DNA of 63,203 nt, the filler included, from Chiloscyllium plagiosum (taxonomy: Eukaryota): NCBI RefSeq assembly GCF_004010195.1. It is 4 parts of one record of this genome, joined end to end, with 100 filler letters (N's around TTAATTAATTAA, not from the genome) between each part and the next. Parts side by side here need not be neighbours in the genome. Positions count along the whole stretch, not along the records: positions 52,755 to 63,203 come from NC_057713.1; 3 more parts are not named here. One strand, written 5' to 3'. The translations under genes were made by a program, and so were the position numbers. Positions 61,331 to 63,203 of the stretch are shown in pieces. A model generated the notes under the pieces. It ran no database searches. It was given only the letters and a program-made list of their open reading frames with translations, and was not told the origin of the DNA. How positions within the stretch are numbered: the first letter of the stretch is position 1; the number at the start of each line of letters is the position of its first letter.

Positions 61331-61772
61331 AAGTGAATGATTTTACTGTACTGTGAGAAAAACAGTAAAATACAATAGAAAACTTTTCCACTGTCACCAT
61401 AATCTGTCACCATTTTACACAGTTCAATCAGAAAAAAAGATTGGAGAGATGTAGCTTCAAAAGAGTCCAATGGTCCTGAACCAACACATCATCAATGGCA
61501 CCTGCACTGTTGTCCTTTCCCCAACAATCTTGCTGCCATATACACCGGACCCAACCAATGTTGAAATACTAAGGCACCACCTTTGGCTGCTGGGCCACTT
61601 TCCCTCTGCCAGCACTTTACCAGTGTTTACACTGGACCCGACCACGGCAAAGTCACCGAATCTCAGGCAACATCTCTTGCCGACGTTTCCTCATCCGAGG
61701 TGGCAGCCAGCAATTCCAATGCTAGGTCCCGTGCTCGCCCCAGAAAGGTAAGTAAGGGCACACTCAGGTCAG

Positions 61773-63203
61773 CACTAGGATCGCTCACAGCACTCTGAGT
61801 GCACACTGGGATCACACACTGCAACATGACCCAACACTGGGATCACTCACTGCACCTTGTGTCCGCACTGGGATCACACACTGCATCATATGCCCACACT
61901 GGGATCACACACTGCGCCATGTGTCCACACTGGGATCACACACTGCGCCATGTGTCCACACTGGGATCACTCACTGCACCATGTGTCCACACTGGAATCA
62001 CACACTGCACCATGTGCCCGCACTGGGATCACACACTGCGCCATGTGTCCAAACTGGAATCACTCACTGCACCATGTGCCCGCACTGGGATCACTCACTG
62101 CACCATGTGTCCACACTGGGATCACACACTGCACCATGTGCCCGCACTGGGATCACTCACTGCACCATGTGTCCACACTGGGATCACTCACTGCACTATG
62201 TGTCCGCACTGGGATCACTCACTGCACCATGTGACCGCATTGGGATCACTCACCGAACCATGTGACCGCACTGGGATCACTCACTGCACCATATGTCCAC
62301 ACTGGGATCACTCACTGCACCATGTGTCCACACTGGGATCACGCACTGCGCCATGTGTCTGCACTGGGATCACTCACTGCGCCATGTGTCTGCTCTGGGA
62401 TCACATACTGCACTATGTGTCTGCACTGGGATCACAAACTGCACCATGTGTCCACACTGGGATCACACACTGCACCAAGTGTCTGCACTGGGATCACTCA
62501 CTGCGCCATGTGTCTGCACTGGGATCACTCACTGCAACATGCGTCCTCACTGGGATCACACACTGCACCATGTGTCCACACTGGGATCACACACTGCGCC
62601 ATGTATGTGCACTGGGATCACACACTGGGCCATGTGTCTGCACTGGGATCACTCACTGCACCATGTGTCCGCACTGGAATCACACACTGCACCATGTGTC
62701 CACACTGGGATCACTCACTGCACCATATGTCCACACTGGGATCACTCACTGCACCATGTGTCCACACTGGGATCACGCACTGCGCCATGTGTCTGCACTG
62801 GGATCACTCACTGCACCATATGTCCACACTGGGATCACTCACTGCACCATGTGTCCACACTGGGATCACGCACTGCGCCATGTGTCTGCACTGGGATCAC
62901 TCACTGCACCATATGTCCACACTGGGATCACTCACTGCACCATGTGTCCACACTGGGATCACGCACTGCGCCATGTGTCTGCACTGGGATCACTCACTGC
63001 ACCATATGTCCACACTGGGATCACTCACTGCACCATGTGTCCACACTGGGATCACGCACTGCGCCATGTGTCTGCACTGGGATCACTCACTGCACCATGT
63101 GTCCACACTGGGATCACGCACTGCGCCATGTGTCTGCACTGGGATCACTCACTGCACCATGTGTCCACACTGGGATCACACACTGCACCATGTGTCCACA
63201 CTG
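61773..63203. repeat. 31-bp minisatellite (~46 copies, runs off the window)
   Basis: Unit cactgggatcac(a/t/g)cactgc(a/g)ccatgtgtc(ca/tg); more degenerate at the left edge. Confidence 0.97.

Noticed and set aside
61857..62265. His/Cys-rich ORFs resembling zinc-finger or metal-binding proteins
   Set aside because: They are translations of a 31-bp minisatellite whose unit is not a multiple of 3.
61773..63203. CRISPR-like array
   Set aside because: The units are contiguous with no unique spacers, the context is eukaryotic, and there are no cas genes.

Overview
This is cartilaginous-fish (shark) nuclear DNA, probably an orectolobiform such as a bamboo shark; that assignment is inferred from HE1-type V-SINEs, CR1/HER1-type LINEs and Penelope-like elements (PLEs). 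It is not one continuous locus. Three identical 100-nt spacers (N44-TTAATTAATTAA-N44) join four pieces: 1-8938, 9039-36329, 36430-52654 and 52755-63203. Much of the sequence is decayed, often nested retroelements, and nearly all ORFs in the track are repeat-derived or spurious. One host gene is clear: the first coding exon of a type II classical cadherin (57663-57863, +). Two well-formed, phase-compatible exons (18282-18361, 32383-32496) and one weaker terminal exon (34940-35008) suggest an unidentified + strand gene. The most interesting signal is a PLE system: RT and GIY-YIG fragments plus about a dozen 90-300 bp pLTR-derived insertions. These are often hairpins with 12-18 bp target-site duplications. 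They carry a minimal type I hammerhead ribozyme motif (CUGANGA-A-GGGC-N4-GCCC-GAAA-CG-UC), and their truncation and inversion breakpoints cluster at that motif. The window also has a CpG-rich island with a CTCF-like motif, a 1.1-kb near-perfect palindrome (probably an assembly fold-back) and a 31-bp minisatellite with a 93-bp higher-order repeat. Repeat boundaries are approximate.
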